The notes under the pieces were generated by a model. The model was not told the origin of the DNA. It saw only the letters and a program-made list of their open reading frames with translations, and did not search any database. This document shows, one piece after another, positions 1 to 12,554 of a DNA stretch of 64,000 nt (within the stretch, counting starts at the first letter, position 1; each line of letters begins with the position of its first letter). Source of the DNA: Ostrea edulis (Eukaryota); the NCBI RefSeq assembly GCF_947568905.1, contig NC_079171.1, positions 74,276,001 to 74,340,000 on the forward strand, written 5' to 3'. Position numbers and translations under genes: made by a program.

Positions 1-2199
1 CTTCTTTTTTTTCTGTTCTCATTGCTGCAGGGAGTTTCTAAAATGCCATGGTTTTGTCACTCACACCAAATCACAAAAGAGATTGGTAAGAATATAAATG
101 TTAAACACTCAGAACATATAGATATACAACACTGTAGTGATAATGTGTAATATTTCAATTACTTAGAACTGACTATTCAGTCACAGTTTAATTTCCACTG
201 AACCAGTCCCATTTCAGACACATTTCAGGTAACATTCAGGTGCCTTTTGGTAACCATCCCGTCACATTTCAGTGAATATCTAGTTCCGTTTCAGGCATCC
301 ATCAGTTTTATTCATTGACCATTCACTTTCCCTTCTACATTCATGTTGTCATATTTTAATGGTCACCTTGTTATCTCTCCTTCTGAAATACTTATTCAAC
401 AGTTTGATTGACTTCATTCCATGCATAAGACCATTACGTAGCCTGTTTTATCAACGTTTTATATTTTAGAAATAGTTCTAGACGTTTGTGCGACACCCAG
501 CAATTTTTTTTATCGTTTGGTTTTTAGTTACTGTAGTCATTTACACCGTGTTAACATTTTGTAGATTATTGATAAAAATTCAAGCTGTATATAATTGTGT
601 ATAATGCCTCTTTGATATGAATGGTGTCAATAACAAACACATGCCTCCTATAAATAATGTAAAATGAAGAGTTAGGTAAACACGTTATATACCAGGAATG
701 GAACCAAGTCTTTACGACGAATACACACCCCGCTTTGACATGTCAAACCCACCTTGAGTCCTATATGTTGACTAGAAAAAAATGAAGATATTATTCTTAA
801 TTATTGACATCTAAATTACTGATATTCAACTTCTGATGTTTTAGCTAATGCTATCTTATAGCTATATATAGTCCCTGAAACGTCATACTTTATCATTTTC
901 CGTTCGCTCTCCCTTCGTTCACCGTACGCTCTCCGTACGTTCACCGTGCGTTCTCCGTTTACAGTTTTGCGCTCACCGTGCGTTCACCATTCACAAAGCG
1001 TTCATCGTGCGTTCACCGTTCACTGTCATTCGGAACACCAAAGTCAACGCAGACACGATAAGGCAGGTTATGAAAATATTTACTGGGATAAAATCCACGG
1101 AATAACATGGCGTCATAATTGAAATAAGTATATCACTAAGTATATATAAAATTCCGATATTATTTTTATGTAAGTTTTATTTATGCATGAAATAAACCAT
1201 ACAGCTACAAAGATCCAAAGAAATATGGAATGCTATGCTGCTGTCGTGTAATTTGTGTCTGGTCAATATGAAAGTAAACTGATGCCGTCATAACTATACA
1301 TCGAGTGACGTTGACACATATGAAGAATTTATTTAAGTGTGCCGTGTAAATATCAACAAAATGTGGAATATTTGAGATATATGACGTGTGATATATGGGA
1401 TATATATCTGAAACACTGAGAATGTATTGATATTATGAAGGTATGTTGATTCCATTCATTGACAGCCTTGTTTAACGAGGAAAAAATCATTTAGCATGTC
1501 GATCCGATTTTCCTCTGTCACACACTGAAATAAAACTGCAAATGTAGGATACTACTCCGCATACTTTTAGAGACGTTTTATAGACCTTGTGAAAGGTCAT
1601 ACACTAATGTACACGGTACTTACTGATATAATCGTCTGTTAAGAACACTTTTAACGAAAACTGAATAGCATCAGTGCAAAATGTAAAAAATGGCTAGATG
1701 GTTTCGTGATTAATTGTTTAATAATTATTTCTTACTGAAAGTGGTAGGATTATATCAGTCATTCTGATAAAATATGGGTGTTTCACCGCCATTGTCACCA
1801 GTTAGAATAATATTTAAATCCTGGGGTAATGTGTTACTTTTCCATTTTATATTAAGGTACATCCATGATATATTTATAACAGTCATGTAATTACGTCATA
1901 CGAAAGCGCATGTTTGTCATTTTGTTATATTCCAACATCTTCTCATGTAAACAACCAAAATAATTCTTTAAAAGTTAGTAGCTCTCTCTCTCTGTGTAGG
2001 ACAGTTCTTTAAAAACTATGCAGTTCACGTGCATAAATCCAGCATGAGCTGCCTTAACATACCCGCGAAAGGATTGATTTTAATAGCAAGACAGAAAAGG
2101 AAAAATGACTTTGTGTATAAGAGTGAAAGTAAATGTCTTATTATGTCAGAAAATTAATTTATACAGTACAGATATCAGGATTAACAACTGACAAAGAAT

Positions 2200-3195
2200 A
2201 CATCAGTGTTATCATCATTACAAAACACAACTGTGGATCACTCATCAATATCAAAGACTAGAATACATCATTTTTATCATCATTACAAAACACAACTGTG
2301 GATCACTCATCAATATCAAAGACTAGAATACATTATTGTTATCATCATTACAAAACACAACTGTGGATCACTCATCAATATCAAAGAATAGAATACATCA
2401 GTGTTATCATCATTACAAAACACAACTGTGGATCACTCATCAATATCAAAGAATAGAATACATCAGTGTTATCATCATTACAAAACACAACTGTGGATCA
2501 CTCATCAATATCAAAGCATAGAATGAATCAGTGTTATCATCATTACAAAACACAACTGTGGATCACTTATCAATATCAAAGCATAGAATACATCATTGTT
2601 ATCATCATTACAAAACACAACAGTGGATCACTCATCAATATCAAATAATAGAATACATCAGTGTTATCATCATTACAAAACACAACTGTGGATCACTCAT
2701 CAATATCAAAGCATAGAATTACATCATTGTTATCATAATTACAAAACACAACTGTGGATCACTCATCAATATCAAAGACTAGAATACATCATTGTTATCA
2801 TCATTACAAAACACAACTGTGGATCACTCATCAATATCAAAGCATAGAAAGAATCAGTGTTATCATCATTACAAAACACAACTGTGGATCACTCATCAAT
2901 ATCAAAGAATAGAATACATCATTGTTATCATCATTACAAAACACCACTGTGGATCACTCATCAATATCAAAGAATAGAATACATCAGTGTTATCATCATT
3001 ACAAAACACAACTGTGGATCACTCATCAATATCAAAGCATATAATACATCATTGTTATCATCATTACAAAACACAACTGTGGATCACTCATCAATATCAA
3101 AGCATATAATACATCATTGTTATCATCATTACAAAACACAACTGTGGATCACTCATCAATATCAAAGAATAGAATAAATCATTGTTATTATCATT
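2200..3195. repeat. Tandem array, 65-bp unit, about 15 copies
   Basis: Unit catca(g/t)tgttatcatcattacaaaacacaactgtggatcactcatcaatatcaaag(a/c)atagaata repeated head to tail; explains the ORFs 2206-3177. Confidence 0.97.
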
Positions 3196-3546
3196 GTAAA
3201 ACACAAGTAATATTTGGGTAAACAGTGGGAGACGTTCTAAATGAGAGAAAAATGCAAGAGCCTTCATGAATGAATGTAACCCTTATCACTGTGCATATAG
3301 CGAAAAACTAGTAACGAAAACTGTTACGTGTACGGAAATGAGAACGAGTAACGAACGCTGTTACATATACTAAAATGAGAACGAGTAACGAAAGATGTTA
3401 CGTGTACGAAAAGGAGGTAGTTTCACTGAATAAATATCTTGCCCCCACCCGAATTATCGGTTTGATATTTTCAAGTATGGACAGAGGCTCAACTGATTTC
3501 ATTTTATGTTGTCTCACTTGACAATAATTTTATATTAGTTTATCAT

Positions 3547-3548
<2 letters not shown>

Positions 3549-3600
<52 letters not shown>
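3549..3600. repeat. (TC)n microsatellite
   Basis: Pure TC run. Confidence 0.98.
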
Positions 3601-3603
<3 letters not shown>

Positions 3604-4044
3604 AATTAATAAACATATACGTGAAAATTTACGGTAAATGATTGTGATTCCCGAAGAAAGACCCCATTTTGAAAGCGGTATATATATTTTCGATTATATA
3701 ATCCTACTTTAGGTGTGTGTATATTTTTGTCAGCTGTATAATTTAAATTACTCATGCAATACCTGCACTTTCAAACACGTGCACATTTTCAATTGACTCA
3801 TGTTTCTACGTTTCAATTTCATGTGTTTTTTATCTTTTTTATTCAGAATAGAAATAGGGATTTGATAACAACAAAAAAACCCACAATAACACAATGACTG
3901 AAACATATTGTGATGTTTATTCACACATTTGCACATATGTTAAAGTTTTTTAATGTATTTAATTCACGTACAGAAACTTTATAGAAAAGACGGACACTTA
4001 ATTTGTGAATATTGTTTTAACAATACACACTGACACGGACTGCA

Positions 4045-4792
4045 CTACTTTACATCAGTATACTTTATGGGATGCGTTAACAATTGCTACTTTACATAGT
4101 ATACTTTATGAGATGCGTTAGCTATTACTACTTTACATCAGTATACTTTATGGGGTGTGTTAGCTATTACTACTTTACATCAGTATACTTTATGAAATGT
4201 GTTAGTTATTACTACTTTACATCAGTATACTTTATGAGATGCGTTAACTATTACTACTTTACATCAGTATACTTTATGAGATGCGTTAGCTATTACTACT
4301 TTACATCAGTATACTTTATGGGATGCGTTAACAATTGCTACTTTACATAGTATACTTTATGAGATGCGTTAGTTATTACTATTTTACATCAGTATACTTT
4401 ATGGGGTGTGTTAACTATTACTACTTTACATCAGTATACTTTATGGGGTGTGTTAACTATTACTACTTTACATCAGTATACTTTATGAGATGTGTTAGTT
4501 ATTACTACTTTACATCAGTATACTTTATGGGATGCGTTAGCTATTACTACTTTACATCAGTATACTTTATGGAATGTGTTAAATATTACTACTTTACATC
4601 AGTATACTTTATGGGGTGTGTTAGCTATTACTACTTTACATCAGTATACTTTATGAGATATGTTAGTTATTACTACTTTACATCAGTATACTTTATGGGA
4701 TGCGTTAACTATTACTACTTTACATCAGTATACTTTATGAGATGTGTTAGCTATTACTACTTTACATCAGTATACTTTATGGAATGCGTTTA
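4045..4792. repeat. Tandem array, 42-bp unit, about 18 copies
   Basis: Unit ctactttacatcagtatactttatg(a/g)gatg(c/t)gtta(g/a)ctatta. The length is a multiple of 3, so it yields the 14-aa repeat ORFs at 4084 and 4335. Confidence 0.97.
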
Positions 4793-4830
4793 TAATCCGT
4801 GAACAGGTTTGTGTTCAGATCCTCATTAAA

Positions 4831-5022
4831 TGTGAAGGTAACTAACTGTGATCAATCTCATAACTCCTATAAGCAATATACTATAAAACAATATAGGAAA
4901 CACGGATTCCTGGACATACAATAGGCGGACATGATGCCTAGGATGAGTAAGCACCCTCTGTCAACAGGTTACACCCATCGTGAGCCTTGTGTCCTGATTA
5001 GGTACACAGACTAATCCGTAAT
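4831..5022 (-). mobile_element. Diverged 3' end of the Penelope-like element
   Basis: gatcaatctcataactcctataagcaat...cacggattcctgg...gagtaagcaccctctgtcaacaggttacacccatcgtgagcc; a degenerate match to the reverse complement of 45010-45180. Confidence 0.75.
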
Positions 5023-7072
5023 CAGATTTGTTGTGTCACATATCCATAGTATACCCACATTTATTATTTCTTCCAAAGCCACTGAGCGACTTCTTTCTTT
5101 TGATTTCCCTCATAGGTCAGTTCCTGGGCATTAACACTATTTCCTGTTTTCCAAACAGTTATCATAATCTGTAGACAGCACAACTGCACACATATCTCCT
5201 TTCATCACTTTTTTCAGTAAAATAAATTAGTGACAAGAGGTGGACTTCCATCTCCCCATAGTATTTTATTATCTAAAAGGCGATTTCTCACTTTTAGTTT
5301 CAGAAAAGGTGAATTAAAGATGGTCTGTCAAGAACCTTTTCATCATTTCCAACTTTCATCAACACCACCTATGATAAAATGTCATATTTATCTTTTGATG
5401 TCTTGGATTTATGTTGCCTGTTTTATTACACAACCATCTTATTTAGAAACGATCATTGCACGGAATAAAGACGACTCCTTCATCACTTCCATCGTCTTCC
5501 CTTTAAACACACGTACCTCTAAAAGTTGTCACCTGTGTTTCAGATCATTGGATTCAAACAAAATATACAACAACAATAAACTGTGTAACGTATTTTTGTT
5601 TTAACTGCATTATTGACTTTAAGGGACGAAATTCTATTCTGAAATGTAATTACAAATTAGTGATGAAGATCTAGGAACCGTAGCAAAATAATAAGCATGA
5701 TTTAAACTATGTTATAGTTTGTCACGACTAAAATATGTTCTACAACCTTTATTAATACATTTAATCGGGCGATTAGACTGCCATATGACATATATAGCAT
5801 GATGAAGTTCAGCCTAAGGATATGAATATTTTAAGGATATCAGAAAATTAAAGCATAGGTGGGGGAAAACGTCATATCTCAATATGTGTAAAGTTTGAGG
5901 ATTATATCAATTATTTCATCGAAGGAAACATCTACTACATACAAGTGTGCGGATTCCTGCTTTTATAGAACATAACATGGATGACTATGATTAAATAGAT
6001 TAACCAGACAAATCGTATTTGACACATGCGGTATTCATGAAAAAAAGTGCTTTATTTACTTTCCATGTGTGGATCCAGTTGAACGAATCGTTTCACCACT
6101 TGATTTAAAATTGTGAACGCGATCTGAGACTACTTGGACAGAGAGTGGGTATAGTAAGTTACTTTTCAGTGTCATCACAGACCGTACATACTATCTAATA
6201 TAATATGGTGAAACGCTTGACATGGATATTCACATCACGAGTGTCACTGAGTATTCTGGATACAGCATGATGGAAATTGAAATATGCACACGTGAAACGA
6301 AGGAGTGTCGGGTAGCCTGCTGATGTAATCGCTGTGTAATCGACAAATACTAACATATCATGTATCAGCATATCCTAGGATCCTTTAGGAATTACACTAA
6401 TTAGTGGCCTGACGATACAATGAGCCCAGCATTCAAAGATGTGCATGTTGTGATCCCATATATTTATTTCTAGCTCCAAATGCGTAAATCGTGGTCAAAT
6501 CGTGTGTACAATTAATGCAAGCGTAAAATGAAATGTTGACAGATGTTCATCTTTATTATTTCCAGGGTAATGAATTTACATCTACCAGCTAGAGTCCGAG
6601 TGCTGGTGGAACAGAGGGAAAAAAAAAACAGAAGATGCGCAAGAAGATGCTCATTGATACTGCAAGGTAGACTAACGATAATTCTATAAACTTCAAACTT
6701 GATGCCCCATGGTACTGGCGATAGAGACGATGTACTGCTTCTTACTGGAAGGGATGTCATATTGTTTTCAATGTACTTGTAGAAGTAAAGAACTGAAACA
6801 GAAAATAATGCATTCCCTGGAAATGTTTGTGATCTATAGTGAATTTGAATGCAATTTCTAAATCAAGATTTCTAACAATTTGCATTAACTTATGTGGTTA
6901 ACTACTGCGTGTTATCATTACCATAGTGACAAAGACCAACTTTGTACTATTCCAAGATTCAGCATGGCTTTTCTCTCCATTATATTGACATTCTGTCACC
7001 TTCAAAGCAGATTATATCTATATTCAGATTATCTTTTCCTGGGAAATAATGTAACAATAGAAAATACATAGA

Positions 7073-7160
7073 ATGCAAAGTGAAGATAACGAACAATGAT
7101 CAATCTCATAACTCCTACAAGCAATACAAAATAGATAGTTGGGCAAACACGGACCACTGG
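7073..7160 (-). mobile_element. Penelope-like element 3'-end fragment
   Basis: atgcaaagtgaagataacgaacaatgatcaatctcataactcctacaagcaatacaaaatagatagttgggcaaacacggacc. Confidence 0.85.
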
Positions 7161-7169
7161 TATTAAGTA

Positions 7170-7208
7170 CATCTTGTGCATCAAAATTTGTACCGTATAA
7201 GGTTTTAC
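7170..7208 (+). mobile_element. Tail fragment of the hammerhead-bearing repeat (no catalytic core)
   Basis: catcttgtgcatcaaaatttgtaccgtataaggtttt matches the sequence 3' of the ribozyme core in the other copies. Confidence 0.7.
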
Positions 7209-8289
7209 ACTGTGCAGCATACCTCTCGAGAATTCTTCACTCATATCAAGAAGTAACCATTGCCGATGATGAGCTGTAAAATGTAGGCCTAAGCTTTTAG
7301 GAGCTGTATGGGTGATCACTGTTCGTCATCTTCGCCTTTCATGAAACACATCGTAGAGGCTCCGAAATGTTGCCATTACGTATTTACCTACTTTAAATGT
7401 TTAAATAAATACATTTGTCAAAGAGGAAGCTCCCGCAGGAAATATCGCTGATATTAGAGTTATCAATCGAGGCAAGTTTGATTTGTGTCCAGGCTCTAAA
7501 TACAAAACACCACAACCAGCTTTTATAAACTTCTCCAGGATAAAAAAGAATGGTGACAGTTAATGACAATCATTAACTATTCCATTAATCATATTACCAT
7601 TTTATTTTGTCATAAGGAGAATTTAGAAACAATATAAGTTATGACCATGTCTCTTGTATAAATTGATGTTGTTAAGCAGATCTATACACGGCACCCCTGT
7701 ATTTTAATATTGTTTATGACAACACCAGTCGTTTTTTACTTCAATAAACATATTCCATGTATGACTGTACTGCAGACGACAACACCACGGTCGAAACTGA
7801 TCAACTAAAATATGTACTCGTCCAATCTCATAGCGCTCTGGTGATCTTTTCATTTCCTTAAGTGTATAACTTTGTTCGAGACTCCACTGCTATTCACTCC
7901 TGGCATAGTCTTCAGTTCTAACGTTATGTCGTTGGTTTCCAGGTTTTACTTTGGTATGACTTCAAACTAATCAGAAATAATAATACTAATCAGAAATAAT
8001 AATTTCAAACATGAAATAAATGGAAAGATAAAATCATTCAAACGGAATGCAAGCAGCTTATTACCTTTAGGATACATGACGTGAACACTGAAACAAATAA
8101 AATTAAGTTATTTCGAAATGGTTTGCGACTCTTCACCAAGTACGTATACCTTCAAATAAAAATGTAATACATAAGAAAACGGTATATGGGTAAATCATAT
8201 CATAACATGTTGTCTTCATCTATCTGGAATCTCAAAATGAAATATCCAGGCATTTTGATTACTTGATTGATCAGTGTGTAACGTTCCTT

Positions 8290-8515
8290 TCGAGAATATT
8301 AACTCATATGGAGACGTTACCACTATCGGTGAAGGTCTGCAACATTTAGGCCTATGTTCCGCGTTTATCAGGGAGGGATCTTTACCGCATCACACCTGTT
8401 GTGACACGGGACCTCGATTTTTGCAGTCTCATTAAAAAGACCGCGCCAATTTAGTAGCCTTTTACGACAAGCAAGGGGTTCTGATGATGTATTATAACCC
8501 GGGTCACCACGGGAA
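8290..8515. mobile_element. SINE-like interspersed repeat body fragment (abundant bivalve-type family)
   Basis: ctcatatggagacgttaccactatcggtgaagg...gggagggatcttt...cacacctgttgtgacacggg; related to the body of the tRNA-headed element at 18780-18945. Family identity from recall only. Confidence 0.55.
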
Positions 8516-9616
8516 TACACGCATTTTGAAAATGGACCGAACAAAGGAATTTGATTTGCTCTCTACGCTTTTTTAAAAATCTCTGTCCATATGGTGCAAA
8601 GTACAGGACAAATTAATGTGAAGTGTATCATAACGTAAGCTTAAATTTGTTGATGCTACCAACTTGTATGAAAAAGATGATGTAGCGTGTTTATTCGTGA
8701 TAAAGATGTTTTTGTAATTCGTGGGTAATCCGGGTGAATTCAATAGTGAAATATACCCTTTGAAGCATATGTGGAAATTAAGATTTGAGACAATGAGGAA
8801 TAATGCTATTTGAAACAGCAGATCTAGGTGTGAAGAGAGCGAATACTTTTTATTTGCTTGTAAGATAAATGGAAAGCTATATTTTTATTCTCACTTGCAA
8901 TACATTACTATTTTACGTTTTGTTTGCTTCGTCGAAACCTATCAGGCCATATAGACGTTAATAGAGCGTCGGCTAGCCATATGTTTGAATGTCAAAGTTT
9001 ACCAAATTTTGATTGAATACATATGGTCCTCTCTCTTCCTATATTCTCTAAACGTTCGTGTATTTAAATGCAACGTGGGATACCAAAGTACAGTTTTCCA
9101 TTAAGATTTCAGTTGTTACATTTAGTTCTTAAGAATGTTCTATGAGTATTGACCTATCATTTTTGATACAAAATGTAAGTAAAGAAAAGGAAATGCTATT
9201 ACCTAGAAAATATCACAGTAGTGACATTTAGATTTTACAGGTGTTCATGTAAGGCTTCACACTTTTCGAGTTCTTCCTATTCAACCAATTAAGGAATCGA
9301 CACGATAATATGTGGACTGGTTTCGAATATATTCGACCATTTCCGCGTGTTAAAAAATACAGAAAAAATCAATATGACATACCCCTAGAAGACAAATGTT
9401 TACTACGACTGATGTATAAACATGTTCCTAACAGCTGCCTGAAACGTTTTCTTTTGAGAAATTGACAGATGAAATGGCAGCATGTGAAGTTGGAACGCCT
9501 AAACGACTCTATTGTTTGTCAAATATATGTGTTTTATGTTGTTTTTCATTCATTCAGACGGAAATAACTTCGACTGGTGAACGCATGGAAACGAAATTTT
9601 TGAAGAAGAAATTGAA

Positions 9617-9820
9617 GCTAACTGACGAAAGGGATAATTAAATTAAACTTGTACTATACAATGCTCGCTAACTGACGAAAGGGTTAATACTATTAAAATT
9701 GTACTAGACAGTGCTCGCTAACTGACGAAAGGGTAAATAAAATTAAAGTTGTACTAGACAGTGCTCGCTAACTGACGAAATGGTAAATAAAATTAAACTT
9801 GTATTAGACAGTGCTCGCGA
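9617..9820. repeat. Tandem repeat, ~52-bp unit, about 4 copies
   Basis: gctaactgacgaaa.ggg.(a/t)aat..aaattaaa.ttgtactagacagtgctc repeated. Confidence 0.92.
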
Positions 9821-10329
9821 TGAACGAAATGGTATATGCCTTCAGTGTTTCAACAATATTGACATGATTCTCCATTTACAGGAAGAAAGGCGTAAACTGA
9901 AAAAGGAACTGATATAACCACGTTAAAAAACGGAACACGTTTTTTTTAACTTTGCCATCTCCAAATAAGAGATCGTTTTCTCAAAAAAAGGCTGCTTAGA
10001 TCGCTAAGTATTTCTCAGCCACGTAAGCAAGTTAAACCATTTCAAACGACAGTAGTTATGAAGTCCCCAATTCGGATACTTCCTTTACAAAATGCACAAA
10101 TTCAATTACCAGTTTGTCAACCATGTGGACAAGTATTTTTGGTACCAACTGTTACATAATTGTCAGTAATGCAAAGTACGTAACTGATCAGATATAATAG
10201 TATGTAATAGTGTAGTATGCCATAATAAGCAATTGAAAAGTGGGGTAAGGTTACCAACACCTTTGAAAAGGTGTTAGGGGTAGAGGCTCTTATATGTATT
10301 GGCAAAACTTATACGGTGCCAATTTTGAT

Positions 10330-10373
10330 GCACCAGATGCGCATTTCGACAAATAATGTCTCTTCAGTGATGC
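10330..10373 (-). ncRNA. Minimal type I hammerhead ribozyme, canonical core
   Basis: Reverse complement reads GCATCA-CTGAAGA-GACAttattTGTC-GAAA-TGCGCA-TC-TGGTGC: CUGANGA and GAAA boxes, 4-bp stem II closed by G-C, palindromic stem III (ATGCGCAT), AUC cleavage triplet, 6-bp stem I (one G-U). Confidence 0.88.
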
Positions 10374-10944
10374 TCAACCGAAATGTTTGAAATCCGAAAT
10401 AACTATGTAGTTTTAGAGCTAAATATAGCCAAAAACAGCGTGCCCAAAGTGGAGCCAAATTCGTCCAAGGATAAGAGCTATGCATGAGAGAGATAATCCT
10501 TAATTTTGAAATGGATTTCTAAATTTTATAACAGCAATTAAATATACATCCGTATTTTCAAGCTAGTAACGAAGTACTTAGCTACTGGGCTGTAGAGACC
10601 CTCGGGGACTAACAGTCCACCAGCAGAGGCCTCGACCCAGATGATGAATTATGTTTACATGTATCGCATATTTATATTCCTACTTCAGACATAAAAATAA
10701 AACAATCATGCATAGATCTACATATGTTCTTACTTCACGTTTTGTCATTCTGCTTCTATACAGTTGGATGTATATTTAATTGCAATGTAAAAATTTAGAA
10801 ATTGATTTCAAAACTAAGGATGATATATCCCTCATACATAGCTCTAATCCTTGGACGAATGTGGCTCCATTGTTTGGCACTCTAGTTTTCCTTTTAGCTC
10901 TTATAAGTTTGTTGTCATTTCGAATTTCCAAAATGTGGGCTTGA

Positions 10945-10988
10945 GCATCACTGAAGAGACATTGTTTGTCGAAATGTGCATCTTGTGC
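10945..10988 (+). ncRNA. Hammerhead ribozyme variant
   Basis: GCATCA CTGAAGA GACattgtttGTC GAAA TGTGCA TC TTGTGC; core intact, one stem I mismatch, imperfect stem III palindrome. Confidence 0.75.
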
Positions 10989-11799
10989 ATCAAAAGTGGT
11001 ACCGTATAACTTTTACATTAGTAAACATAGCTGATACATTTAATTACCATGGTTACTCAAAGATCGGGTAATATTATTATTAGTATACTGTGTTTATACA
11101 TGTAGCGCCTTATATAATAGAATAATTACCCTAAAATGCTTAACATGTAAAATAAAACAAAAACGAAAATAAATAACTACATAAAAATGGACGTCATGAA
11201 ATAATTCCGTGTTTGCCAATCTTTTTATTTTGTATTGCTTATAGGAGCTATATACTGTTCGTTTTCTTCACCTTACATAATGTTAAACTGAGGTACACAT
11301 AGTAACTTTGTTTTTTGAAAAAGCGACTATTTACATAAAACCAAATTACAATTTAAAAGCAATATTTCCAGTTGCCATCACTATTCAGTTATTATCACTA
11401 ATTATATTACTATTTAGAGTTTTTTTAAGCACACATGGAAGCTCATGCGATTATAAATAGTCTAATCATTTTTGGGGGGTTATTTTTCTGTCTGTCTGTA
11501 CATTTGACAACATTGTTTACTACTCTTAAGTCAATTTCAATCTTATGTGGTCATTATTGTCATTATAAGATGGAAATTTAGGTTTCTTCAGTTGCTTACT
11601 CTGCCCCCCAGGTTTCTGTACTAAGGGTTCCAAAATGGGGGAAATGTATAATTTCTTTGAAAGAAACATCTTCGTCTCAGAAGATAGTAGAGCTAATAAT
11701 TTGATATTGGACCTTTTTGAGACCACAATATTCAAGTCTGTATTATAAGTGAAATTGATTTGTACATCTAGGGGCCCATTATGGGCCGTTCAAAGTTTG

Positions 11800-12185
11800 A
11801 CATACTTGTATCAGAAAATCTGGTCTGCTCTGCTTAAAATATATAGCAGACCGACTTAATATTTTGCATGAAAATTTCTTACAGCAACGGAAATCAAGTT
11901 GTTCAAAGGAAATTGATGTGTCGACTCAAGGGACAATAAAGGAGTGGGTCAAAATTAAACAGGGTAATCAAAATGTTATGTGAAAGTACTAAGCAGGATG
12001 TTGAGCTATTTTGCATGAAACTTTTTACATGTTGCAACCAAAAAAAAAATACTTGGTCAAATTCAAGGGATATAATTAAATTATTTTGAAGCCTGTAAAG
12101 TGGAATGAATGTTTACCATTGTATGTTGTATCAAATTATTCAGCAACCAGGTGATTCAGCTGAGCATTGTGGCCCATGGACCTAT
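11800..12185 (-). mobile_element. Decayed pearl/CvA-like (HINE-type) element fragment
   Basis: Ends ggtgattcagctgagcattgtggcccatggacct, the reverse complement of the family's 5' end seen at 20033; internal atttt(g)catgaaa..ttct..aagttgttcaaa motifs. Confidence 0.55.
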
Positions 12186-12554
12186 ATATATTAATCGAAA
12201 ATGTTGAAATTGAAAGGTATATGTTTTACTGACATGTTTATTTTCCCTTGCAAGATACATTTATTATAAATTGTTTAGAGACACTGTGGGAACTTTGTTC
12301 TGACCCCATTTTCTTCATCTTGTTCATGTGTGTTTTTGAAGAGGTGACAATTTTGTTTCACAAAAAATAAAATATTAAAATGTGCAGAATAGGGTAAGGA
12401 TAGGATGCAGGACACTGGATATAACCCTACACTGCATCAAACATCGTCTGTACTACATCTTGTATTTTGAACTATGTATGTAAATTCAGAACTATTTTAT
12501 ATCTATACGTTTCAGTTTATCGTCGCAGCGAAACACAACTTTATACCAAAGGAT

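Larger units (their letters stand above)
869..3700. mobile_element. Left part of a non-autonomous TIR element (TAGTCCCTGAAA terminus, CGTTCACCGTG subterminal repeats) containing an amplified 65-bp array; right end not found
   Basis: Starts TAGTCCCTGAAA at 869, then repeated cgttcaccgtgcgttc motifs (900-1025). Collinear with 58196-58870 at several anchors: tttacagttttg.ctcaccgtgcgttc, taagagtgaaa..ttattat.tcagaaa, actcatcaatatcaaagaata, gtctcactt.acaa.aatt. Confidence 0.55.
10305..11013. mobile_element. Two divergent (inverted) monomers of a hammerhead-bearing retrozyme-like repeat
   Basis: Minus-strand monomer 10305-~10640 and plus-strand partial monomer ~10770-11013 form imperfect inverted arms. 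Each has a ribozyme core near its outer end. Confidence 0.8.

Noticed and set aside
2206-4802. Nine 60-155-aa ORFs with repeated peptides
   Set aside because: They are translations of the 65-bp and 42-bp tandem arrays, use non-ATG starts, and show no splice or codon evidence.
5060-5560. Purine-rich minus-strand stretch that looks like decayed coding sequence
   Set aside because: All frames contain stops and I recognise no motif.
9617-9820. CTGACGA(AA) in each 52-bp unit as a hammerhead core
   Set aside because: The CUGANGA and GAAA boxes overlap in one motif, and I find no stem II or stem I/III pairing.
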